A stretch of 64,000 nt of DNA from Paramoeba atlantica (GCA_977017575.1 CDRNVI010000040.1:372001-436000), one strand, 5' to 3'; shown: positions 20,907-30,788, counted from the first letter of the stretch. Notes: a model not told the origin generated them from the sequence alone. Made by a program: numbers and translations.

Positions 20907-23738
20907 ATGGAAGCTCTTCGATACGCGCCGCCTGAATCAACTACTCACGACATCAAGTTGCGGGAATTGCGTGCTCAGTCGAAACTTCAAGGCGCCTCGT
21001 TTTTGTCTCTGATGAATAACATACCTTTTACCCAGGCCCTACAGCGCGCGAAACTTCTAAATGAGTCAATTTCAACCCATGCATCCGCGGAAAAAACATG
21101 GAAAGAAGAATCTCCTTTGCGCGATAATTACCATCTGGAAAGAGCTTGTTCCCAGCTACAGTCTTTTCGGCAAGCGCTACAGCAAGCTCGGCAGGAAAGC
21201 TCGGCAAGCGCTACAGCAAGAACCACGCTTGATACGGTTCCTAAACGTCAGGCACGTACGATCTATAGCTCAGAATATGCTCAGAAATGTGCACGACAGC
21301 TCGTTTTTCGCAACTGTCTACGTCATGCGATCCCTGTATCTGCGAAGAATGCAGCATCTGTTACTGCGAATACAAATAAAATCATTCAGTCAAGTATTCG
21401 CAAACAAGTGGATCGTTTTCAATCGTTTTTCCCCCTCTTAAGGACTCTACCACCTCGTCGAACGGATACGATATCGTCAACGTCCACTCTATCGGCTTTT
21501 CGTTTTGATGTAAATCTGGACTCTACTGGACAAGGCTCTGAGCAGCTACTCTCTAAACATTCTGACGAAGTTTCTTTGCGTAAAGTACAAACGACGCTTC
21601 CACTGTTATCTGAATTCTGCTACTCATCTCAAGAGATTTCCGATGCAGCGACTTCTCTTGACGCCACGTCAACGGATAGAGATTTGAGAATCGCACTAGC
21701 CATTAGTAAAAAACTTAAATCTTCTTGTCCTCAAACATCACTGTCGAGGCTGTGGGATGACTTTTCATACATTTTTGAGCATCAATGTGAAAAGAAAGGG
21801 CTAAACTTTCAACCTGACGAAACCCATCCAACGTCAGAAAGTTTTTCATGGGGGCACTCTGTCTGCGCTTTTCTTTCTCACAAATTTACTCTTCACGTTT
21901 TACATTCGCTGTATGACACTCCTCAAGTTTCCTTAGGGTCAGCATTGGGCGACGCATACACTGCTTCTTCCTTTCATGAAATTATTTTGGAGTACAGCAT
22001 AGCCACCTATAATTCTCGTAACCCGTGGCTTGTAATATTTAATTGCCTGAAATGTCACAGATTTGATGCGGCGGGCATTTTACAGGTACCTTTCGAAGGT
22101 ATTGAATCTGTACTTCGTTTGTTTCATTCGCCTTCAAATTTGAAGACCGAGCAATGGTTTTTCCAAGAGGCGACTGTGTTGAACTCACTCTTGCACATAG
22201 AAAAAGAGGATACGTTTCGGAGTGTTGTTCTCCTGTTGTTGATTCCGCGTGTATTTTTCTCTGTTCGAAGATGGACTTTAAAGGAACTTTCACGTATCAT
22301 TGATGGCTCCTGTAGTTCTGTAGATGAAATCATCTGGTTGTACAACAGGGTGCTTATGGCGATAGGTTTCCAAAAGGAAGCGCCTGCCAGCGAGGATTCG
22401 GCTGCAATTGGAGGTTTGCATTTAATAAAAGAAATCATAGACCAGCGCTTGTGCGCGATTCCTGTTGCATCCGACACGAGGAACGATTTTATTCAACGTG
22501 CAAGACGTCTTTTTTATTTGCTTGACATCTCTCTAGCGCAACAACAACTCGAAGCAGAAGTTCATCCAACAGAAATGTGTTTTCTATCGTTAGTATTGAT
22601 TTTGTCTGGTATGAATCTTCCTGCATCTCGAAGTTCTGCGATTAAATCCCGCGAAATGTTGGTGAAACTTTCTCAAGAACTGTCATTGGTACAGCTATGT
22701 GCACTGGATGCATCTCATTTCTTGCAGAATGAAAATCAAGCTTCCGGGATAAGTTCAGACTTTTCAATGCTGCTCCGTCAGGTAAACTCGGGAATTGTGG
22801 TATTACTCTCAGCTTTGCGTAGCGAAAAGCAACGTAGTTATACATTTGCAAGAATTCTTTCTATCACGGATCTTAGCATAAATAGATGTTCTATTCAGAA
22901 TGAACCCCAGGCGGATATGAAACCAAGGCGCAATACATTGTGGGAACTAGTTCTTGAAACTGTTGTCACCAAGCAAGAAAATGCAATTAAAATTGTTGAC
23001 GGCATTAAAAATGGTGAGACCTCGACTTGGCTAATGGAAGACTTGTGTTCTGTCCTAGAAAAAGGTGCACATATGAAGAATTTTTCACAGTTGGTGATTT
23101 CTCTTTTACAAATTCTGAATACCACTGTTAGTCCAGGATGGACTGCTTCCAATCAAAGACAATTGTCGACCTTTCTGGATTCCGTGCTTGTTGGCGTCCT
23201 TTGTGATGTATCAAGTTCCGCATTTTCCAAAATTGGTTCTGAGTATATACATGCTTCTAATATTCTTACTCTAGCTAACCCATACGCAACTTTACTAAAT
23301 TCGCTGCTGCGCAGGAACGTGGTATGCGCTGTTACTTGTGCTAAAATATTAGCTGATCTTTCTCAGTTATCACAAATTGTCGGAGAGGCAAAGGAATCCA
23401 AATCATTTTTGTGGGCGGCTGATCATTTAAATTACCTGGATCAAATATTCTATGACTTACATTGTTTGGAGTTTATCCCGTACGAAACACAAGATGTCAC
23501 AAGTTGTGCTCGCATATTCATTGCAGACATTTTCGTCTCGGTGCAGCTCTCTGTGGAAGTTGTGTTGCAAAGGTTATTTTATATACTAAGCCGTTTTCTC
23601 CCTAGAACCTCTGAAGATATTTATTTGCACTCCGAAGTGGCTCGCGTTCAACACTCTGTGCAGGTTATATCAGAATGGAGCGCATTGGTAATTCACAACA
23701 GTCCGAATTATCATATTTTCTTGAAACTTGAGGCTTAG
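20907..23738 (+). CDS. Nucleoporin Nup93/Nic96-like
   Basis: 943 aa, helical. PWLVIFNCLKCHRFDAA resembles the Nic96 WALIYYCxRCGxxxxA motif. N-terminal coiled coil. Confidence 0.6.
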   Translation: MEALRYAPPESTTHDIKLRELRAQSKLQGASFLSLMNNIPFTQALQRAKLLNESISTHASAEKTWKEESPLRDNYHLERACSQLQSFRQALQQARQESSASATARTTLDTVPKRQARTIYSSEYAQKCARQLVFRNCLRHAIPVSAKNAASVTANTNKIIQSSIRKQVDRFQSFFPLLRTLPPRRTDTISSTSTLSAFRFDVNLDSTGQGSEQLLSKHSDEVSLRKVQTTLPLLSEFCYSSQEISDAATSLDATSTDRDLRIALAISKKLKSSCPQTSLSRLWDDFSYIFEHQCEKKGLNFQPDETHPTSESFSWGHSVCAFLSHKFTLHVLHSLYDTPQVSLGSALGDAYTASSFHEIILEYSIATYNSRNPWLVIFNCLKCHRFDAAGILQVPFEGIESVLRLFHSPSNLKTEQWFFQEATVLNSLLHIEKEDTFRSVVLLLLIPRVFFSVRRWTLKELSRIIDGSCSSVDEIIWLYNRVLMAIGFQKEAPASEDSAAIGGLHLIKEIIDQRLCAIPVASDTRNDFIQRARRLFYLLDISLAQQQLEAEVHPTEMCFLSLVLILSGMNLPASRSSAIKSREMLVKLSQELSLVQLCALDASHFLQNENQASGISSDFSMLLRQVNSGIVVLLSALRSEKQRSYTFARILSITDLSINRCSIQNEPQADMKPRRNTLWELVLETVVTKQENAIKIVDGIKNGETSTWLMEDLCSVLEKGAHMKNFSQLVISLLQILNTTVSPGWTASNQRQLSTFLDSVLVGVLCDVSSSAFSKIGSEYIHASNILTLANPYATLLNSLLRRNVVCAVTCAKILADLSQLSQIVGEAKESKSFLWAADHLNYLDQIFYDLHCLEFIPYETQDVTSCARIFIADIFVSVQLSVEVVLQRLFYILSRFLPRTSEDIYLHSEVARVQHSVQVISEWSALVIHNSPNYHIFLKLEA

Positions 23739-24167
23739 AATAAGTTTTAAGCTAATTGGATATACGGCACAGAATATCGTTTTTGAACTTTCTCTTTCGA
23801 AACGTGCTTTTTTAAAGCATACATTGTGTTTCGCAGTATACTGAAACTTACATGAATAAAATTTTGTTCGTTACTACACTGTAGATACCCACTAGTAGTT
23901 ATCGTACCTAGTTGTCATATCACTTTGTATCAATTGCATTTATTGGTGTCGGATTCGAGGCATAAATTTGATTAACGGAAAGTTTGTAGCAATTAAGAGA
24001 TTCGATCTAGAGGGTGGTTTTGTTTTCTTTCCGTAGCGAAAATGGCCCTGATACGATATCGCGATAAATGTAGTACATAAACACTACTCAATTTGTTTCT
24101 TATGAGGATGACCCCAGTTTGAGTGCAAATCGTCGCATGAACATTCTGTTTAGGTACGCTTCCTGTA

Positions 24168-25145
24168 ATGAAGGAAAAAGGAATGACCGTTTCTTACGAA
24201 CTCAAAGGAATTCTTTCTGAGCATTGTAAGCGTATCCGCAAATATAAAAAGGCGCTTCGAAAACTACGAATAAAGCAGAAACATCTTGAAGAGAAGTGGA
24301 TTGAACAAGAGACTGAACTAACCTCACTTTTGAACAATACGAACTATGAGTCCGGGCACAAACGTTCTTTTGTGAGTGTGATCATAATCCTTGCTGACAT
24401 CAATCCTGATTCAGAAATATTAGATATTGTCACTAATTCGCAAAACGAATCAGATTCCGAGAAAGAATTATTTGCAAACGAACGTATTTCTGTGTCTTCA
24501 CGGTTTTCTGAAGAAATGAATGTGGGACAAGCAAGTAGGCCCATTTTAGACGAAGTTCCAATAATTTCTTCGCAATCAGATATCCATGAGAAAACTGTGT
24601 TGCACAAAAAGTCTCCAGCCATACTACCACGCACAACGTGGAACGTCGATCGTTCTACATTTCCTGGAAGAGCAAATTTGCTGGATCAGTCAGTTTTCGC
24701 ACCTACAGGAAAACAAAGTTTTTCGAGCCATACAACGAACCAAATAAGTACACCAACGAACCGCCCCGATGTATGTGCAGACATTCCAATCATATCCGTG
24801 TCGTCAAAAAAAGGGCATTGCGCTCAGAGAACCACACAAAACACTTGCCCCAGTGGAGAAAATGCAATGAAAAAATTAGTGAACGAGAAAAGGAGGAATG
24901 TTAGGTATCGGCCTGAGTTATTGCACGATCACCACAAAATGGTGCAACGTACAGAAAGCGTGACGCCTCAAGTTGAAGATTCACATGCGACCCGAATCAG
25001 CGCTGATCCGCATGAGGTCGATCAAACACAGCCTCCAATTCTTGTATCCGAAAGCAAGCAGGTTTTACCTACTGGTAATCCCAATATTCCATGTTCACCT
25101 CCGGAAATGTGGGATCTTCGGTTCTCAGTGCCGGATGTTTCATAG
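24168..25145 (+). CDS. Hypothetical protein, N-terminal coiled coil and disordered remainder
   Basis: 325-aa ATG-started ORF in the + strand array. Confidence 0.6.
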   Translation: MKEKGMTVSYELKGILSEHCKRIRKYKKALRKLRIKQKHLEEKWIEQETELTSLLNNTNYESGHKRSFVSVIIILADINPDSEILDIVTNSQNESDSEKELFANERISVSSRFSEEMNVGQASRPILDEVPIISSQSDIHEKTVLHKKSPAILPRTTWNVDRSTFPGRANLLDQSVFAPTGKQSFSSHTTNQISTPTNRPDVCADIPIISVSSKKGHCAQRTTQNTCPSGENAMKKLVNEKRRNVRYRPELLHDHHKMVQRTESVTPQVEDSHATRISADPHEVDQTQPPILVSESKQVLPTGNPNIPCSPPEMWDLRFSVPDVS

Positions 25146-25915
25146 CACAAAGCATGATCATGTGTTATTTGCAAGCTCCGGCATATCGAATGAGCAATAG
25201 ACCTCTTCCTAGTAATTCGGGGGGCGGTTTTGGTTCATGTAACTTAGAAGCACGCTGAGTAGCAATACATGTATTTACCGAATGTACCGCCTTGAAGATT
25301 GGGTGCCACGTTTTCATGCCACTTACTCAGGACAGAGCAAAAAACGTGGGTCAAAAGGGACTTTTTTCCCCAAAACTTTTAACTTATTCTATTTAATAAC
25401 TCTACCAAAGAAGAAAACGTATGAGCTTTACCTTGGTTCCGGTTCTGAGCCTGGAAAAAGATTTTAAATTCCTTAAACAGTGGATTGGAAGTCCCTAATT
25501 CACATCGCGCGGTACAAGCCTCTATCACCACGTCATCAAAGATTCCCAACTACAAAACGTGATGCGGTCACGTTATTTTACAGCCTATGCATACGTTATT
25601 TTACAGCTGTATTTTTTTACAGCCTATGCAAAGAAAAAAGATAGAGCGGAGTCGTGTGAGCAACAAAAATATGATGTTTAATCACTCGCTTAGGTAATAC
25701 AGAAATTGTGTCTGCGAAACTACCACGAAAAAAAATTATTTCTTGTTTTGGGAGGAAAAAGTCCCTTTTCACCAAAAAAGTCTCTTATAAAAAATCAAAA
25801 AAAGAGAGGTTGGTAGCGATCCCCCGCCGACTCAGACTAAGCGATAGTAATTACTGCGAACCCCCATTTACTTGTCATAGACCAACACCCCCTACTTAAT
25901 TGGGGAGGGGGGGCA

Positions 25916-26050
25916 CTCGATGAATATTCATCGAACGGACAGTGCGTTCGATGAATATTCATCGAACAGGACATCCTGTTCGATGAATGGATTGCAGTAC
26001 GACCCGTTCGATGAATCATTCATCGAACAGGATGTCCTGTTCGATGAATG
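25916..26050. repeat. Left array of the GTTCGATGAAT/ATTCATCGAAC palindromic half-site
   Basis: About 8 half-sites. Perfect 22-bp palindrome at 25946-25967. Confidence 0.95.
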
Positions 26051-26700
26051 AAAACGCAATTTTTTTTTGTAAAAAAAAAGCTCGTTTCGGTCTGCATCAT
26101 GCTCCTGGCTGCTACCTTGATCCGTAAGACAAAAACAAATCCGAAACGTTATCAAAAAGCGGAAGGATTCTTAAAACTATTGCCTCATAAGTTTACAAAG
26201 ATAAAATCATAACTTACAAATACACAAACCTCAGTGCGCGACCCAAAAAATATTGGGTTGGGGGTACGTTCGTTGTACTCAACGAACTGCCGGATTTTCG
26301 TTGAGTACTCAACGAACGGAAATTTACGGTGCAAGTCAAGGACTTTTGCATATGTCAAGGACTTTTGTGGAACACCTAAGAATTTTTTTTGAATTTCATT
26401 TTCCGTGCGTTCAGTATCCTACACTTCACTATATACGTTGACAACGCCTGCGTAGCGAAAACTACGAAATTCAGTGAGCTTCGCAAATTGCTTCCCACTA
26501 ACGACGCACAGGGGAATCCTACGCGGGGTACGGCTCAGGCCCGCTCACGCGGGCCCTCGCCGTTTCGCGGCCGCGCGCACCCCCGCTCACGCGGGGGCCC
26601 CCGCGCGGCCAAAATGGGTACTAAAATTTGTTATCAAGGTAGCTGGGCTTCGCAAATTGCTTCCCACGAATCTAGAGAGAAGCACACGTACAATAATCTT

Positions 26701-26733
26701 TAACGATAAAGATACAGTTTCTGTACCTTGTTG
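26701..26733 (+). other. Genomic spliced-leader (mini-exon)-like sequence not followed by an SL intron
   Basis: TAACGATAAAGATACAGTTTCTGTACCTTGTTG shares TAACG, the 16-mer GATACAGTTTCTGTAC and the terminal TTG with the kinetoplastid SL. It is followed by ATT, not a GT donor. Confidence 0.75.
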
Positions 26734-26756
26734 ATTATTTACTTTTTTTACCTTTC

Positions 26757-27056
26757 ATGGGAGTGTTCACACGCTCCAAAGCAAAAGAATCAGGAGTAGC
26801 TCCTGAGATTTTGCCGCTCCCTCGTGCCCGATGGAAAAAGAAGGCCGTGATGCCAACTCATCCGCCCGCCGTGCTAATATCCACCACCTCCGCATGGAGC
26901 GCGCGGGTCGCCAAAAAATATAATTATGTCCCAGGGCTACGCTCACAGTTGGGCCTTGCTCGCAAAGGGGGGCTTTTGCCTCCAGAAGCGGGCTACGCTC
27001 ACAGTTGGGCCTTGCTCGCAGACGGGGGCCTTGCTTGCACACTTGGGCTTCGCTGA
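26757..27056 (+). CDS. Orphan 99-aa ORF (possible retrocopy or element-encoded fragment) with internal 31-bp repeats
   Basis: ATG 23 nt after the SL-like sequence. GGGCTACGCTCACAGTTGGGCCTTGCTCGCA occurs at 26934-26964 and 26990-27020, with a partial third copy near 27051-27070. Confidence 0.35.
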   Translation: MGVFTRSKAKESGVAPEILPLPRARWKKKAVMPTHPPAVLISTTSAWSARVAKKYNYVPGLRSQLGLARKGGLLPPEAGYAHSWALLADGGLACTLGLR

Positions 27057-27149
27057 CAGTTGGGCCTTGCCTCCAGACATGTAAACGAGATGGTAATGTT
27101 CAAATTCCCCCCAAAAAAATCGAGACGAAAAATTCGTGCAGCAGTGCCC

Positions 27150-27284
27150 GTTGGATGAATGATTCATCGAACACACTGCCCGTTCGATGAATATTCATCG
27201 AACGGGACGCCTGGTCATCGAACGGGACGCCGTTCAATGAATATTCATCGAACGCACCGTGCGTTCGATGAATTTTCATCGAAT
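27150..27284. repeat. Right array of the same palindromic half-site, inverted relative to the left array
   Basis: About 9 half-sites. Perfect 28-bp palindrome at 27179-27206. Confidence 0.95.
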
Positions 27285-27446
27285 GCCCCCCCTGGCCACT
27301 TAATTGTCCCTTTGTCGAAAAAGTAGTAAAAAATGAGTGGATGTTCAGAGTATTTGAACATGTGTTTCTATAAAACGCACAAGATTTGGAAAATTTGAAC
27401 AAAATTTACTAGTTCAACAATTCTAATATGCAAACGTTTATTCTCT

Positions 27447-28061
27447 ATGTTGCGTGAATTCACTTCGTTAGAGAACGAATTCAGAGAGTCTATCAACAAA
27501 CTGCAAAAAGGTATTTGGAATTCAGAAATTTCATTGTCGTCTGTGAAAAACTCTTTCGATGGAATTCAATGCCTGGTCCAGGAAATGGCGGCAAAAATTG
27601 ACCAAGTTCCTCCTCAGTACAGTCATCTAAGACTTCGTTTTGAAAGTTACCTGCGAGAACTAAACACACTCGAACAAGAGTTCAAGAGAAAACGTGTATT
27701 GGATCCAAGCAGCGATTCGCGTACGTTGTCCTTGCTTGGGGAAACAAAAATCATGGTGCATGATACTATTCTAAAACAAAATTCAATTATATCAGAGAGT
27801 GAGCGGCTTATCGCTGACTCGGAGGAAATGGGGGGACAAATTTTACTTAATCTTGCTAAGCAGAAAGAATCTATGCGTAATGCGTCCGATGTAGCCCGAG
27901 ATTCATATCAACAGACAACTAGGGCTCGAAGACTTCTTACGCAGATGGGTAATGCTCTCCGAAATCGGAACGTTCTTATATTGGTGATCATGCTTATTCT
28001 CGTGTTAGTCATACTGATACTGCTTTATCTGAAGGTTTTAAAGCCACTAATACGATCTTAG
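27447..28061 (+). CDS. VTI1: Qb-SNARE, Vti1-like
   Basis: N-terminal helical bundle, SNARE motif SERLIADSEEMGGQILLNLAKQKESM, and C-terminal transmembrane anchor. Confidence 0.75.
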   Translation: MLREFTSLENEFRESINKLQKGIWNSEISLSSVKNSFDGIQCLVQEMAAKIDQVPPQYSHLRLRFESYLRELNTLEQEFKRKRVLDPSSDSRTLSLLGETKIMVHDTILKQNSIISESERLIADSEEMGGQILLNLAKQKESMRNASDVARDSYQQTTRARRLLTQMGNALRNRNVLILVIMLILVLVILILLYLKVLKPLIRS

Positions 28062-28543
28062 CTCTGGTAAAATACACGTGGCATTATCTTGATATACAGG
28101 ATATACAAGGCATTATCTTGATATACTGTATAGGAAGACACCTAATGCCCATATCGTTTGACTTCAAGAGCGTGACCTACGGTATTTAGTTACAAACTTC
28201 CTAAAGAATCGTGACTACCCTTTCAGGATGTGCAATTTCTTCAGAACCCACGAGAGCTGGCATATCTGCTTGTTCGTTTTACGCAGTATATGATAATACT
28301 ACGTGTATTTTCTACACTTTAAAGTTTAAACAAAAGTACATTGATAGTAAATTTTATTTAATTGCATACAAACTGCTTTGGGGAAATACTAGGGTTTTCG
28401 GGAAGTCATGATTTCAGACTTTTGATTGTCTCCGCTTTCGATGAGTTATTTCCCTATTGAATTTACACGAGGATGGCGTTGAAGTGTGAAAATAGTTATT
28501 CATTGATGCATGTCTTAAAATTGAGAACAAAACTTCGCGTTCA

Positions 28544-30274
28544 ATGACAAGCCTCTTACGTCGATTAAACTCTTTAGTACAAGAACGCAAAACAATGGAA
28601 GTGATGGTTGAAATGGAGCAGTGCTTACGTCAGAATAAATCTTTTCTGCAAATCTGTAACGATAAATTTGAGCTACGGGATATCATAGGATTGTTTCTTC
28701 GCGTATGTACAGACCGTAGCGAAACAAATTTAGCCCAACGCGTTTTTCACAGCGCGCATCGTACCCATCAGGAACTGTGCAAAAATCCTAATAGCAATGC
28801 ATGTTTTCCTCTAGTGAGTACAGCGATTTGTAATTTATATCTTACTTCCATTGCGCGTTCAAACGCAGAGCACCTACAATTTGAGGAGCTTCAACTTGTT
28901 AGAAAGATTATGGATGAGAATGGCCTTTTGCCTGATTCACATACTTATCAGGCTCTTATGGAGATACATTACAGAACAGACATTGAAGTGACAGGTCTAT
29001 GGAAGGAAATGAGACGACGTGACGTGTCTCCCACAGCCTATACGCTCCGAAATATCCTTACTCCCATTATCACATCGCATCCCGACCCTACATTTGCTAT
29101 TGACGTTGTCAAAAGCATGACAAAGGTGAATGCTGCGGACTACAAAACCTTGCTGGAGGTTGCGGAAGGTTTAGCAGTCAATGATAATGCTTCCGCAGAC
29201 GAGCTGATGTGGGTATTATTTGAATTGGAACAAGTATGCGTATTGGAGAAAATTTTGTTGCGCGATGTTCTGCACAATTCAACGGTTTTAATGTCGTGCT
29301 TTATAAAGTGTGCACGCAAGGGGGACGTTTGGACGGCAGAACTTCTACTTGCTTTAATGGACCGACATTGTTATCCAAAGAGCCACGATATTCAAGGCCT
29401 TATGGTCTACTGCTATGCGGTTGCCAAACGGTATGCTGCCGCCCTCGACTTAGTCAACGAAATGGGGAATCGTGGCTTGCTAGAACACCATGAAGGGCGA
29501 AGAAAATTTAATATTGATTCCGTTCGCGTGACGATGGACACGCACTATCTTATGATACTCGCCTCCGGTCTAGCGAGTAGTAGTCAGGAAGTCGACAAAG
29601 CGTTTTATCACCTCGAGAAAAAAAGAAACAGAGGAGAGAAGATTGCACTTCAAAGTTTGAATCTCATAGTACAAGCCTGTGCGAAACTTTATGACGAACA
29701 GCGCGCATTGGAGACTGTGGATGCCTTTTCAGGCTTTGAGCATAAACCAAATTTGCAAACTTACTATTTCTTGATTCAATGTTGTGGGGGAAAGAATAGA
29801 GCGCGGCATCAAAAGGCGGTATTTGAGTCAATGCCACAGCACGGCGTCACTCCCACGATTCACATATACAAAATTCTTGTTCGGCAAGCCCTCGCGGCTG
29901 ACAAAATGGATGAAGCACTAGAATATTTAGATTTACTGGGTAATCCAGAATCACCTTCTGACAAGGAGAATCCCCAAGAAGACGAATCGATAATAAATGC
30001 AACATCAGCGAATTCTAAAACTACTTTGCAGAGGAAGGCTAGGCTTGATTTGGACATTGTTCACCAAGTCTTAGAAAAAGCAGCTTCCGTAGGAGATGCG
30101 GAACTTGTAAGTTTTTTAATAGAACGCGCTCACAATGAATGGAAAGTTATTTTGGACTTTGCAAGGTTAAAGCAAATGTGTCAAGGGATGCGACACTTTG
30201 GATGCGATTTAAATCCTATCTTAGATAAAATTGCGCTTCACGAACCTAATCATTTGGTGATACCTCGTTCTTGA
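28544..30274 (+). CDS. Pentatricopeptide-repeat (PPR) protein, probably mitochondrial
   Basis: PPR-like motifs GLLPDSHTYQALM, VSPTAYTL, HKPNLQTYYFLI and GVTPTIHIYKILV. Confidence 0.75.
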   Translation: MTSLLRRLNSLVQERKTMEVMVEMEQCLRQNKSFLQICNDKFELRDIIGLFLRVCTDRSETNLAQRVFHSAHRTHQELCKNPNSNACFPLVSTAICNLYLTSIARSNAEHLQFEELQLVRKIMDENGLLPDSHTYQALMEIHYRTDIEVTGLWKEMRRRDVSPTAYTLRNILTPIITSHPDPTFAIDVVKSMTKVNAADYKTLLEVAEGLAVNDNASADELMWVLFELEQVCVLEKILLRDVLHNSTVLMSCFIKCARKGDVWTAELLLALMDRHCYPKSHDIQGLMVYCYAVAKRYAAALDLVNEMGNRGLLEHHEGRRKFNIDSVRVTMDTHYLMILASGLASSSQEVDKAFYHLEKKRNRGEKIALQSLNLIVQACAKLYDEQRALETVDAFSGFEHKPNLQTYYFLIQCCGGKNRARHQKAVFESMPQHGVTPTIHIYKILVRQALAADKMDEALEYLDLLGNPESPSDKENPQEDESIINATSANSKTTLQRKARLDLDIVHQVLEKAASVGDAELVSFLIERAHNEWKVILDFARLKQMCQGMRHFGCDLNPILDKIALHEPNHLVIPRS

Positions 30275-30715
30275 GAGGGTAAAATCAGTTGTTTTCTAAA
30301 CAACTTTAACACAGCGCTTGGAAATCTTGATTACTTGAAGAAATTTCAATAATCTGCCGAGAATTTCTCTAGAGTGTGATTCAATATTCATTAAATAGTA
30401 TCGCACGTGCTCCATTTTTATCAAATTATTTTCCTATTATTAATAGGTGAATAGTCTGGCGAGTTGAAGGCCATTTTTTTAGAATATCACTCACGATTTT
30501 CAATGTACTCCTTGAAGGCACGGGCAGCGTGTGCCGTTGCCCCATCCTGTTGAAATATACGATTGGGGGGGAAGTACAAGATGTGTCATCTTGTAGAATA
30601 ACCAAATATCTCCACCCTACCCCTATAGCACCCCAAACTTGGCATCTTGGTGCCCAGCGTGCTTTTTGACGCGGGCTGCTTTCTGACCGCGCCTTACCTA
30701 CATTCTATTATCATT

Positions 30716-30788
30716 TGAGGGGCTGCGGGTGGTGAGGTTTTACCCAGGTTTCATCGAGGTTTCGCGACGTTTCACCCGCAGCCCCTCA
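30716..30788. repeat. 16-bp perfect inverted repeat around four AGGTTT-like units
   Basis: TGAGGGGCTGCGGGTG (30716-30731) and CACCCGCAGCCCCTCA (30773-30788). Confidence 0.85.

Larger units (their letters stand above)
25896..27303. mobile_element. Putative non-autonomous foldback/MITE-like element with palindrome-array terminal inverted repeats
   Basis: Left end TTAATTGGGGAGGGGGGGCACTCGATGAATATTCATCGAACGGACAGTGCGTTCGATG aligns to the reverse complement of the right end TTAAGTGGCCAGGGGGGGCATTCGATGAAAATTCATCGAACGCACGGTGCGTTCGATG. Confidence 0.65.

Noticed and set aside
25916-26050. CRISPR array (palindromic repeats with variable spacers)
   Set aside because: Spacers are only about 9-17 bp and often self-complementary, repeats alternate in orientation, there are no cas genes, and the context is eukaryotic.
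26701-26800. Functional SL RNA gene
   Set aside because: No GT donor after the terminal TTG, no recognisable SL intron or Sm site, not in a tandem array, and an ATG ORF follows instead.
25896-27303. piggyBac element because of TTAA at both ends
   Set aside because: The termini inside TTAA lack the usual CCC...GGG ends and differ from each other at the first bases, and no piggyBac transposase is seen. The superfamily is left unassigned.
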